A DNA stretch of 64,000 bases, taken from Octopus vulgaris. Taxonomy: Eukaryota. A program made the position numbers and the translations under genes. The notes beneath the pieces were generated by a model. That model was not told the DNA's origin and ran no database searches. It saw nothing but the letters and a program-made list of their open reading frames with translations. Numbering within the stretch: position 1 is the stretch's first letter; the number at the start of each line of letters is the position of its first letter. The stretch is from assembly GCA_951406725.2 (NCBI GenBank), contig OX597822.1, positions 52,390,001 to 52,454,000 of the forward strand, given 5' to 3'. Shown piece by piece: positions 52,198 to 64,000 of this stretch.

Positions 52198-53704
52198 CTA
52201 AAAGAAAAAAGATAATATAAACTGTTAAATAACGTTTTTGTTAATTTACGCTTCTTTATGATACTGAATGACAAAAAAACGCAGTCCAAAACTACGAACG
52301 CGACTGCCTCAAAATAATGGTTATGGCTCCATTATTGCTCAACGTCAACTCAAATGATAACACCAAACTTCTGGTTCGTGACAATGAATTATGCAAAACA
52401 TACCAATGAGAAATTTCAACAACATCTCTGCATACTGCTTTAAACAATCTCAGCGATTAATGTGTAAAGACAATAATTTAATTGCCAATCCCGTGAATAC
52501 ACAAGTCTCTGCATTTTATCAAAATAATGAGCCAGAAAATTTAAGTTGAATATCTTAAGGTGAAGAACAAGAGGGGACCGCTACCTGATTTTCAGATATC
52601 TTGACGTGTTACAAGTCTGTTTTTCAGACAACCATGAGTGCAAAAGATAGAAGTCTAATCAGTGCTAACTTAGGCCACCAAGATGGCCTAAGTTTAAATG
52701 TTTTTCACAAGAAGGAAACAGAATTCAAAATTAACCGTAAAGAAATTAACTGTTACAATGTTGATAGAAGTTGAATTTTGAATTCGGAGATGTAATTTAT
52801 GTAGATAATAATAAAAATAATATTTTAACATTCACCTTCGATCTATAAATGATCGAAGAGCAATGGAATCATGCGGAATAATATTTGACAAAAGCTAAGA
52901 ACTTCCCAGTAGCATGCAACTCCTTAATCAGTATAACAGTATACTCAGTATAACAGCATAGTATACTCAGTATAACAACGTAGACTATCTGTAGATCAAT
53001 CTAGTCCACATCTTCATACACAAGATCTCTGTCGACTGTTCTTAATGAGAGATGCTGATATATTCATAACTGCTTAGTCTTACGAACATTTATCAGCTTT
53101 TCCTGTCTGCTAGCATTGTTTCACATGATATCAAGAGGGATGTTTTCCGCAAAGCTGAGAAACAAAAGCAAGATATTTTTTGAAAGACATCCATAATAGA
53201 AAATTATTTGTCACTGGAGAAGGTTATTCAGATTCTGAGATTTTGCTTAGTAAAGATAAAACGTTTATCTGTACAGTGGTAATATTCTCACACATAGGCA
53301 AGTTCCAGTAACGATCAATAACTAGTGGTGACTTAAGTCTTCGGAATTTTAATCCCTGGTTCATAATGTCTAACTTCTTTCTTATTAATGCAGCAGTTTT
53401 GTATCACTCACACGGCACTGTTTACTATCTTCTCTTGTTTACTATCTAGCATAGGATGAAAATCTAGTATTCCGTGCTGTGTGTGTGTGTGTAAGCATTT
53501 TAATACAAGATGGAATGAACAGGCTGTAATCCAAATACCTACGATTGTTTCTGTGCATTAGTATCAACAGGTAATTGCCAAGCATTTCACATATTATACA
53601 CATTATTGCATTGATATGAGCCAACAATAGCTGTGTGAACTTTCACATCTTAGTGAACTTGCACAATGGGTTCGCTGTCTTCGCTTTTCATATTTATTAG
53701 AATT

Positions 53705-54002
53705 AGGCGCAGGAGTGGCTGTGTGGTAAGTAGCTTGTTTACCAACCACATGGTTTCGGGTTCAGTAAAGTTCATACTAGCTGGTCCCCCTTTTTTTTTA
53801 ACCCAAAATCATGAGTTGTCATTTAGACATTTACTAATATAACCAAGTGCACCGTGTTAAGCCGCATTTAAAAGGGGAAAATAGAATTCAAGAATAAACT
53901 CACAAGAATAAGTCCCGGGGTCGAGTTGCTCGATTAAAGGCGGTGCTCCAGCATGGCCGCAGTCAACTGACTGAAACAAGTGAAAGAGTAAAGAGTAAAA
54001 GA
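53705..54002 (+). mobile_element. SINE family A head and tail with the middle replaced
   Basis: Head 53705-53765, tail about 53900-54002. Confidence 0.75.
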
Positions 54003-54278
54003 AAAAAACAAACCAAAGCTCCATGACTGGAATTTGAATAATAACAACTATAATTGTTACAATTTGAACTTCAGGAAAATCTTACATACATATTGTCCCG
54101 GTAAAGTTCATACTAGCTGGTCCCCCTTTTTTTTTTAACCCAAAATACTAAAAATAAACAACTAATTTTACCGAATGCAAAACTTCAAAACACATCATTG
54201 AAAAAAAATAGAATTCAGTTACATATCACATGTGATTTCGCATTTAATGCAGAATATGCATTTCATGTTCAATTGTTA

Positions 54279-54338
<60 letters not shown>

Positions 54339-54354
54339 TGTACGTTTACCTTAC

Positions 54355-54481
54355 CTTCAATCGCTAGAGAAATAGTCTGCATCTTTTTTTTGAAACAAGA
54401 ACTAACATCATAATTTTCAAAACTGGGTTCCACTTCACTGAATCCAAACAAATCAAAAAAGTATTCGGCCTGCCATTTATT
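54355..54481 (-). CDS. Gene B exon: NKWQAEYFFDLFGFSEVEPSFENYDVSSCFKKKMQTISLAIE
   Basis: Acceptor ttgtattgcAG at 54482-54483, donor AAG|GTAAGG; 127 nt, phase 0 to 1. Confidence 0.88.
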
Positions 54482-54716
54482 CTGCAATACAATTAAATCT
54501 GGCTTGTTAACCCTCGTGGTTTTGTTACTTAGAAGTTTCTAATGTGCAATATAATGTACAAATGGTGTATATCTTTAATGATTTTATTTATTGAAGCAAC
54601 ATAAATAGTTTGGCATGCTATACGGAAGTATACGCAACTTTAGGAGATGCATATCCATACATGTGTGTGTATAAATATGTATATATACATATATACACAT
54701 ATATTTGTACACACAC

Positions 54717-54805
<89 letters not shown>

Positions 54806-54983
54806 TGTATGTATGTATGTATGTATGTATGTTAGTGCTTTCGTTCATTAATTGAACTTGTCAAGACAAAATTAAAATCAAAAGGTTTCAGGACAATCAA
54901 GGAAGAGGAAAAAATTAAATAATGAGGAAAGGATGGATCAATGGAATGGATGGATGGGTGGATGGATAGACAGACAGACAGGC

Positions 54984-55051
<68 letters not shown>

Positions 55052-55056
55052 GGACG

Positions 55057-55216
<160 letters not shown>

Positions 55217-55399
55217 CAGAGAGAGAGAGGGGAGTTTCTTTTCAATTTTATGTGGTCTATCCATTGAAATTCATTACAAAGCATTTTTATTTTTATTTTA
55301 TTTTCTTTTTCTTCTCATTGTATACCTATCAACATAACTGTAAATAAACATAAAGACTGGTGATCTTTCAAGATCTCAATTTTAAGTATGATGGAAAAA

Positions 55400-56030
55400 A
55401 TAAGAAAAGGGGGAGGGTGCGGAAAGAAGTAATGAATACGCTATTCAATTTGTCAATACGCACAATCCTGGGGGTAGCCAACATCTTTCACACCATAAAA
55501 TCAAACCTATCTATACTTGTACAAAGCCCCAAAATGAAAAATCTAATTGATGAGAAACCCCTTTACGAAACTATAGACGCCAACCAAAGAATCTCAAAAA
55601 GCACCTCACAAAAGCAAAATTCACATCAGAGAACGAATCAGAGTTCTCCATAAAATAATGTGGAAATAGCAGTTGTGGGACATGCAACAACAACAACATA
55701 AAATACATAGAAAGTGGTTCCCACATAAAGTTCAAGTAAATGCAGATATGAACTGCAAGACGCAGAGTCTCATATACTTCATTACTTGCTACACCTGCAA
55801 GGAAAATTACATTGGCGAAAGAAAAATATTCCCTCTGCCAACGTGCAAGAATCCATAGGCAACACATCCGACAAGAGGAATTGCGCAAGATTCCACTGAG
55901 CAAGTATCTAGAGATATGCGGTGAAGGAAAGTTCAAAGCCTTTCCCTTTTACAACTGTTCAAGAGATGATCCAAAATTCCGAAAAGCAATGGAGCTACAC
56001 TTCACCAAAAGATTTTCTCCAAAGTTGAAT
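55400..56030 (+). mobile_element. Penelope-like element GIY-YIG fragment, degenerate
   Basis: RRQPKNLKKHLTKAK, C...CGTC, MNCKTQSLIYFITCYTCKENYIGE, RIHRQHI, RKAMELHF...FSPKLN. Confidence 0.8.
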
Positions 56031-56297
56031 GTTTCAAAGAGAAGTGGAGGAACTACATTTTTGATATTATTATTTTTTAAATAGAAATGATGCTGGATGA
56101 AGAGAGGACATTTATATTACATTATTACTGTTGTTTCTGAATGTGGCTCCAATGTTAATAACGTGATACTCATCTCTATAAATGATCAGATATATATATA
56201 ACGGGAAGCTTTATGAAAATAAACAAAAGACGAAGGCAGGTGGAATATAAACAAACAATTGTATTAGTATGGCGCTCAGGAATATAAATAAAACAAG

Positions 56298-56335
56298 TCT
56301 TTTACGTTTCGAGCCTACGCTCTTCAACAGAAAGA
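56298..56335 (-). ncRNA. Variant minimal hammerhead motif (CTGTTGA core)
   Basis: TCTTT-CTGTTGA-a-GAGC-gtag-GCTC-GAAAC-GTA-AAAGA; a conserved core A is replaced by T, so it may be inactive. Confidence 0.4.
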
Positions 56336-57359
56336 TACACAGAAAAGAAACACAGAAAGAAACAAGGAGAGAAAAAAAATGCGTGCAGAAGCTAGCGAAT
56401 CAACATGGCAATACATACAACATTGGGATTTTGGCAACCGTTGTTCTTCTAGAACTTACATATACCCGAGAAAGAATACTAGAACTATTTTACCACTGAT
56501 GAGGAAAGATATCTAATGTAAGTAATTCGTGAAGATCTTTTTTGAATTATCTTATCCAAGCAAGCAAGAAAAAAAATTAAAACCTACAAAAGGATGAAAG
56601 ATACTCAAAAATATATTTAAGCAGGCCCTGCTTTATAATATAACTTATATCCTACAGAGTAGCTTCCAGCTAAATATACAATATACATATTAATACAAAA
56701 CTCATTTATGATGTTTGATTAAATGTACATAGAGAATAGATTGAATTATAAACAGTACCTTTTTCTTTTATTCTGACTTTACTTTCCTAATTTATGAATA
56801 TTGTAATATGTAATGTTTGTTCATGCAAAACATGCTATTACACAGAATATGGGACTTGACTATGCAAGTGTAAGGAAATATATATTTTCATAAGACTTTC
56901 AACTCTTTTTTTTTTTTTTTCAGGGATCACTGCACCCTCCCTGCTTTTCTAATCTCCCTTAAATTGACATATTGAAAAGTTATCAGCCCTTGTGAGGAAA
57001 TGTGTTTATCTACAAATGTGCTGATAGGTATACAATGAGAAAACGAAAGAAGGAAGAAAAGAAAAATGCTTTGTAATGGAATTTCAATGATTGACCACAT
57101 CAAATTGAAAAGAAAGCTCTCTCTACCCATCTATCCATCTATCTGTCAATTTATCTGTGTATGTGAGGTGTTTGTGGGAGTGTAATTATGTGTGGTATAT
57201 GTACTGAGTTGAACAGTGTGTATGGGTGTTTGTATAGTGGTGTGTGTGTGATGAGGGTACTGAAGTAGGTGGTATTCAGATGTGTAGGTGGAGAGAACGT
57301 GCAGTTGAATGTGGGAAGTGTGAGGGAATCTGTGTGGGTGGTGTCAGATGAAGAGAGGT

Positions 57360-58520
57360 AGGGTTTTGAGCCCATAAAGCGCAAGTGAACAAAGGGAGAA
57401 GATTAATTCCTATTCACGGCGAAGGTGAGAGTCCGAGTGGACCTTGTGCAGAGACAGTCCAAACACAGACTGATTTGATAGCGAATAACCGGTAGAGCGG
57501 AAATGGCGCGAGACCGGGGTGTCATTGCCGAGTTTGATGTCTCGGAGGTGCTCTGCGAACAGGTCAGCCAAGCGGCCTTTCATTTGACCAATGTACTGAG
57601 AAGGACAGAGAGAGCCTGAGCTGCAGTAAATAACATTGCTGGGGGTGCAGGTAAAGAAGTTGGTAACGTGATAGGGATGGTGGTTGGTGCCAGTGAGGAT
57701 AGCGGTGTTGGAGAGATAGGGGCAGGTGCGACAGCGCGGGAAGAGCAGGTGAAGGAACCAGGTTGGGAGGCAGGGGTAGGGAAGAATCTGTGGACCAGGC
57801 TCGTTTGAAGGAGAGAAGTAAGTTAGGGAAGATGTGTGAGGTAAAGCGGTCGGACTGGAGTCGCCGGAAGGCTCGGAAAATGGTGCGTTGGAGGGATAGG
57901 GTGGAGAGGTGTTAGGTGAGGGTAAACGGGTGACAGGTGAGGGTGGGGCGGGTGCAAGGAGAAAGAGCAGAGGCATGGTACACAGATCGTGCCCGGGCAA
58001 GGGCAGTGTCGATAATAGTGAGGGGATATCCACGTAGGGGGAAGTGGCGAGCCATGAGTTGAGACTAGGTCTCAAGGTCTGGTCGTCACTGCAGAGCCTG
58101 CGTAGACGAAGGAATTGGGAGCAGGGGATGGAGAGCTTGGTGTGGGTTGGGTGGGAGGAGGAGAAGTTAAGGTAGGAGTGTGAGTCGGTGTGTTTGTAGT
58201 GGATGAAGATGGTGAGAGCAGAGTAGTGTACGTAGACAGAAATGTCGAGTAATTCGACGGAAGTGTTACATATAGTGCAGGAGAATACGAAAGCAGGATT
58301 AAAGGAGTGGACAAAGGAAAGGAAGGAGTCAAGATGTTCGCGGGAGAGTGAAGTCGTGCTGATACAGTGAGCAATATAACGACCATATAGCTCAGGAGTG
58401 GGACCAGTGAACTGTCGGAATATTTAGGCCTCAACATAGCCAACAAACAGGTTCGCATAGTTGGGGTCCATTCTTGTTTCCATGGCCACTCCCGAGAATG
58501 TTGGTAAAACTCCTCCACAA
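57360..58520 (-). mobile_element. Penelope-like element RT plus GIY-YIG, degenerate
   Basis: GVAMETRMDPNYANLFVGYVE, HYKHTDSHSYL...SSHP, SQFLRLRRLCS, PRCRTCPY, FTCT.SNVIYC....C..QYIGQ, EHLRDI, PVSRHF. Confidence 0.88.
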
Positions 58521-58761
58521 CGAGATAAAAAATTGTGTGAAGTGGCTAACGATCTATCATGGTGATTCATACATACATACATACATACATATGTATGCAT
58601 GTATGTATGTATGTATGTATGTATGTATGTATGTATGTATGTATGGATGGATGGATGGATGGATGGATGGATGGATGTTTGTAGATATATAGATGGATAC
58701 ATACACACATACGCACGTATGTACGTACGTACGTACATACATACATACATACATACATACA

Positions 58762-58792
<31 letters not shown>

Positions 58793-58899
58793 GTATATAA
58801 ATGTTTGTGTGTATTTGGGTTTGTAAATGGGACCATGTATGTACTATGCTAGAATGTATTCCGGGTTAGCATGTGTGACAATACTTTGTAGATACTTAC

Positions 58900-58968
58900 C
58901 TCTTCTGACATAAACGCTGAAAATCCAACAAGCTGGCCTTTCGTTTCTATACCGTTATCTAATTCGCT
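58900..58968 (-). CDS. Gene B exon: SELDNGIETKGQLVGFSAFMSEE
   Basis: Acceptor tcatccaatAG at 58969-58970, donor GAG|GTAAGT; 69 nt, phase 0 to 0. Confidence 0.75.
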
Positions 58969-59895
58969 CTATTGGATGAATAAACGGAAACAAAATTTAT
59001 TAAAAGATTTGTAAAGTTAGTCAAGGAAATTATTCATTTTCAATAGGTTTCAGCTACTGTCAAGGTCAGCTTTGCATTTTATCTTTTCGGGGTCGATGAA
59101 ATAAGTACCAGTCAAGAACTGGGGTCGATAAAATAAAGTACAAATCAAATTCTAGTGTCGAAGTAATAGACGAGACCCCATACCACTAAAATTGCTGGTC
59201 CTGTACCAAGATTTGAAACTATTATCCATAATATAGATAGACGTTATTTACCTGTACAATATATCAGGAGTCGTACCGAAAACTTATCTTACGAGTCGAA
59301 GTAAATAAAACAATGAAATTATGGTCGTACAAGGGTATAGAAACAGTTTGTTAAAAATTTTCAAACATATCTTTTATCTTTCATCTTTTACTTGTTCCAG
59401 TTGTTAAACTGCGGTCAAGCTGGGACACTGTCTGAAAACTCAGAACGTAAGAGCCTTAACATACATTGTAAAACATTTTTCCTATGCTTCAAAGATTCTA
59501 ACAGGTCAACGCTTACATTGTAGTAATAATAATAATTTTTATGTAGGCATAATGCCAGAGATATAAAAGCGGAAATAACATTAGAATAAATTGATTTCAT
59601 GAATGATGGTTATTTTCTTGACCCCAGAAGAATGCTCTGGTAAGATTAGAACTCAAAACGTAAATAGACGATTCTACTGGTATAACGATTAGCACGACCT
59701 TTTAGCTTACATTTTTTTTCTTTAGAGATATGAAAAAATTTAGTGTGGTATAGGAAGGATTTGAAACCGAATACTTTTGTTGCACAGGTTACGCATTTTC
59801 ACAGTTCTGCTACTTAACCGTCGCAAGAAACTGCCACCAGAATAATCATAAAAATCTATTTGATCAATTTACACAAAAATAAAATACTCGCTTAC

Positions 59896-59991
59896 TATTG
59901 TTGAGAAGTAAATTTCGGTGATATAATCCTTCAAATGTTCGTCAGAAACTTTACCAACCCACACGTCACAATCCATATCTCGAACCTTTCT
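59896..59991 (-). CDS. Gene B most 5' exon found: RKVRDMDCDVWVGKVSDEHLKDYITEIYFSTI
   Basis: Acceptor tttttttgtcttgcAG at 59992-59993, donor GTAAGC; 96 nt, phase 0 to 0; VRDMDCDVW and IYFS parallel gene A IRGIPCFHW and WYFA. Confidence 0.88.
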
Positions 59992-60637
59992 CTGCAAGAC
60001 AAAAAAAAAAGAAAAAGAAGGAAAAGCTTATTTTCTCGTTTACTTGTGAAACCCAAGAATGACTGAAGAACCGCGAGGAAGACGGTTACTTGAAACAACA
60101 TCGCAGTATCTCCCTTTGTTGAAAATGGGACTATGCATCAAAAGGCCAGCAATAGTGAGCGATCGAGTGCGAAAATATTTTTGATGAGGAAAGAACAATC
60201 GATTACATAGATTCTAGAATATGACAAATATCGATTCCGTAAGCGAGACGTGTGAACTTGATTCCTTGAGATTTAAACACTGACTTGTGTGTTATAATCA
60301 AAACTATCGTGAATAACATGGATAATGTCTTGCGTCATCTACTTCAAAACGACGCACTTTTAAGTAAACCTGGTTCAACGTCACTTCACTTCAGCGATCA
60401 GGTGTCAGTAATAAGTTTCGAGCAAGAGTTGAGTTTTTTAGTAAAATTGATCAAACACAAAAAGTACAACGCATTTAGTGTGGTAGATGAAAAAAAAAAC
60501 CCAATGTTTCGGACGGAAAAGCTGACATGAGAAAAAGTAATAAGAAACAAAAGTGTTTTACATCCTCAAAGTTATGAATACTGGGTGTGGTAAACTTGGA
60601 TTTTCCATTTCCCATGGTAAGTTTTTGTCCATTTTAC

Positions 60638-60696
<59 letters not shown>

Positions 60697-60698
<2 letters not shown>

Positions 60699-62532
60699 TG
60701 GTTGTCTACTCCTTCTACAGAGTTTGACCACCTCCTGTACCTACACCTTAGCGCCATCATGGCGTCTGATGTGGCTTTTTAAACCAGACAATGTTCTGAA
60801 AAGACACCCACATAGATTGCACGTCCGATTACGACCACCAAGAGCTGCAGATAAGTTCTGATCTTGATCTTTGTGGATCTTAAAATGTCTTTTGAGGCCT
60901 CCATTAGATTTACAAACCTTCTGGCATTCACTGCGTTCAAAGATGTGCACAGACACATGGGTAGAATAATTGGTGGAGGTTCGTTTTCCCTGGGTTCGCA
61001 AATGAGATTTTAACCCAGCAAAAGAAAGGTATGGTCTGTCACAAACTGCACACAAAAAGGTCACCTTCTCGATCATAACATTCTCTTTTGAGTTTTACAT
61101 GCATTATCCTTGCCTCTTCAAATGCTTTTGCTCCACTCCACACTTTCGTTCGCCAGCCAACTCGATGTGAAGCAAGGATTTCTATGTCTTTTGAATTCAT
61201 TCCAAGTGACTTCATAGTAGTCCTTATATAGTCCTTAAACCTTTTTTTTTTAGGTTTACGCCGATAGCGTTTCCCCTCTGCAAGCTCACCATAAAACAGC
61301 TGTTTCAGCATGCGTTCATCCGCCATTCGAACAATATGGCCACATCATCCCATTTCGTTCCTCAAAATCATAGCTTTAATTGAGGTGGTGTCTGCAGATG
61401 AAGGACATCTGAGTTTGGAGTAAAAGAACTCCATTTAAAGTTTAAAATGTGATGAAGGCATTTTTGGTGGAATTTTTCTAACAATTTAAACACCTTTCAC
61501 ATCAAGTCCGTGTTTCACAAGAATATAACAGGGATGATAAGACAAATGATTTGTAAAGAGTTAGCTTTGTATTCTTATTTATATGTCACTGGCATCAAAC
61601 GCGTGACTCCAAGCCACCAAATGCTTTTGATGCCCTTTGGATTCGCAGATGTATCTCTTATTCAAGATTTCCATCATCTTATTCAGAGCTTCCAAGGTAG
61701 ATGAACGAATCGACAATCTCAAGTAACTTACCCTTAAGAAAAATTTTAGGGGAGTTACAAACAGCACCACACACAGGTTGATACACTACAAGTGCTTTTT
61801 TCAAGTTGATGGTAAAGCCAAAATCAACACAAGCTGAGTCAAATGCAGATACAAGACATTGCAGTTCTGTTTCAGAATGACTGACAAGATCGTAATCGTC
61901 AGCATACAAAAGTTCCCTAATGAGTGAAGTAAAATCCTTCATTTTGATTTTCAGTTTGGTCAGATTAAAAACATTCCCTGTTGTTCGATATTTTATGTAA
62001 ATACTCTCCTCAGAGTTTTTAAAAACATGTGACAATACAAGAGCAAAGTATATTGCAAAGACGGTGGGTGCATCAAGTTCTCGTTGCTTTACTCCATTTT
62101 CCACGGCAAAAGATTCAGAGATCCTACCACCAAAGTTAACTCTAGCTTTCATATCTTGATGCAAAGCCCTGATCATGTTTACAAATTTTTCTGGGTAACG
62201 TATTTTCCTTAGAATTAGCCACAGAGAATTTCGATTAACGGTATCGAATGCTTTGCTATAATCAACAAAGGTATAGAGCAAGATTCTGTTCAATGCACTT
62301 TTCTTGTAATTGTCTGATAGTAAAGATACAATCAGCTGTGCCCCTGGAGGAACGAAAGCCACACTGAGACACAGACACTATATTTGGAACTATGAAGGTA
62401 TTTAAACGTTCTAGCAAAATGCGGGCAAGTACCTTTCCAACCACAGACAAAAGCGAAATCCCATGAAAATTACCACACAGATCCTTTGGCCCCGATTTAT
62501 ACAAGGAGACTAAAATGGCATCAATCCAGTCT
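60697..62532 (-). mobile_element. RTE (BovB-like) LINE, 5'-truncated, RT plus C-terminal C2H2 fingers, frameshifted
   Basis: GISLLSVVGKVLARI, QCGFR, FTIRQLQEK, FVDYSKAFDTVNR, GVKQ, LLYADD, YLGS, KQLFYGEL. Confidence 0.92.
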
Positions 62533-62590
62533 TGAGATATGTATAAATATATATGTGTGTGTGTGTGTGTGTGTGTTTGGGTGTGTGCGC

Positions 62591-62632
<42 letters not shown>

Positions 62633-64000
62633 AGGTTGAGTTCAATTTCATCCTTTACTTTGGAGGGTACCAAAGGGGCGATTTCTAACAAAGATTCCTC
62701 ATATTTCGTTGGTAGCTTACTGGCGTAAGATTTTTGCGAATATCAAATTATTACATGTATATGGTGTGTGATGAGAATCTATGGAGAGGTAGCTCATAGA
62801 AATTCAACAAACTGTTAAAGATGGAGAAAATAAGATGTTGAAATTTAAAAAGGAATTTTAATATATGCATACGATCGTTTCGAACAGCAATATTAACATG
62901 TAAATAACATGGTAGAATAGTTAGAAATTAATTAAATTAAATTAATTACATATTACTGTTCTCCTCAGTGCAAAAAAGAATACATCAAAAGATTATCATT
63001 ATTGTTACAGAAGACTTGATGGAAGAAGTAGCAAATAACATATTCGGATATACATATTTTATCCTTATGAATGATCAAGAGAATACTAAAAATGTGTTGT
63101 TCAGTCTAGTTGTGAAAAAGCTAAAACATTCCCTCTATATAAAAATAAGTAGTTAAGTGATATGCACTCCAAATAAAGCATTTATCAAGGAACTAAGATA
63201 GAGATGTCCAATGGGACAACATAGTTATATTTGAATTAGGATATGACTTGACAGTTATAAGTAATGTAAGGTATTGTGTATATTTCAAAGAAGTTATTTT
63301 TAAGAAAAAAGAAATTTTTGTGTGAGAATGAAAAATAAAAACAAGTTAATATAGTTTTTATTAGGCTACTTGAATGCAAACAAAAAAACGGAGTTCTTAG
63401 AGAATAGCTCTATATAATGGGAAAATTTTTTTAGTGTAAAAAACTTATATTCATTTGTGTGAATTAAATATATGATAAAGAAATAAAAATAAAAGTATAG
63501 CTCTTAATATTACAGAATTAAGATAGTAAATACTTGCAGTGGCTAAAAATATTGAAAAAAAAACACGTTCCAGGAAAATGAAAATGAAAGGTATTCGAAA
63601 GGCTAAGAAATTAAGAATGTGGGGGAAATACAGCTGAGACAAAGTCATAAGAATGTTTTTTTAAAAAGACATTATAATTATCGGTATTTGTAGGTTGACT
63701 ATGTTTTTGTATAAATAATTTTAAAATAGAATAAGAGTTGAGAATCCAGTTTGACATAAGGGAAGTGGGAAATCTATAGTAATATTATATAAATAATAAT
63801 TGTCTAACTGATATAAGATAGTAGTGAATTATGAATGTAAGAATTTTTTTATCTATGGAGTAAAGGGTGCAAATAAGTATATTAAAAATATGTCAAATAA
63901 TTCATATATAAAAAAAGTCTTATAAATGAAAAAACTTATATTGTATACTGATACATTAACAGAGAAAATATTATTATAAACAATAATATACATATGCATA

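Noticed and set aside
52667-52694. 11-bp-stem hairpin aacttaggcca/tggcctaagtt
   Set aside because: Isolated, with no associated element ends; could be chance
60000-64000. Further upstream exons of gene B
   Set aside because: No convincing splice-bounded frame found by eye; they probably lie beyond the window

Overview
Eukaryotic, AT-rich, microsatellite-saturated genomic DNA. The tRNA-derived SINE families and the RTE, Penelope, CR1, Tx1, Helitron and mariner debris strongly suggest an octopus (coleoid cephalopod); this is an inference from repeat sequences. Almost every ORF in the supplied track is a microsatellite, minisatellite or transposon artefact. Reading splice signals by hand reveals two multi-exon genes on the minus strand, head to tail, with all intron phases compatible. 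Gene A has 5 exons seen (17246 down to 1, running off the left edge) and encodes a signal peptide plus an ependymin/LolA-like domain. Gene B has 7 exons seen (59991 down to 36396, its 5' part missing) and encodes a related domain, a membrane-proximal domain, a C-terminal TM helix and a stop. They look like tandem paralogs of an uncharacterised type-I membrane protein family. The introns and intergenic DNA hold several hammerhead-ribozyme motifs (one in a tRNA-headed SINE-like element), a 2.6 kb palindrome-cored minisatellite with inverted ends, two long palindromes, two elements with telomere-like repeats, and several patchwork insertions copied from nearby sequence.
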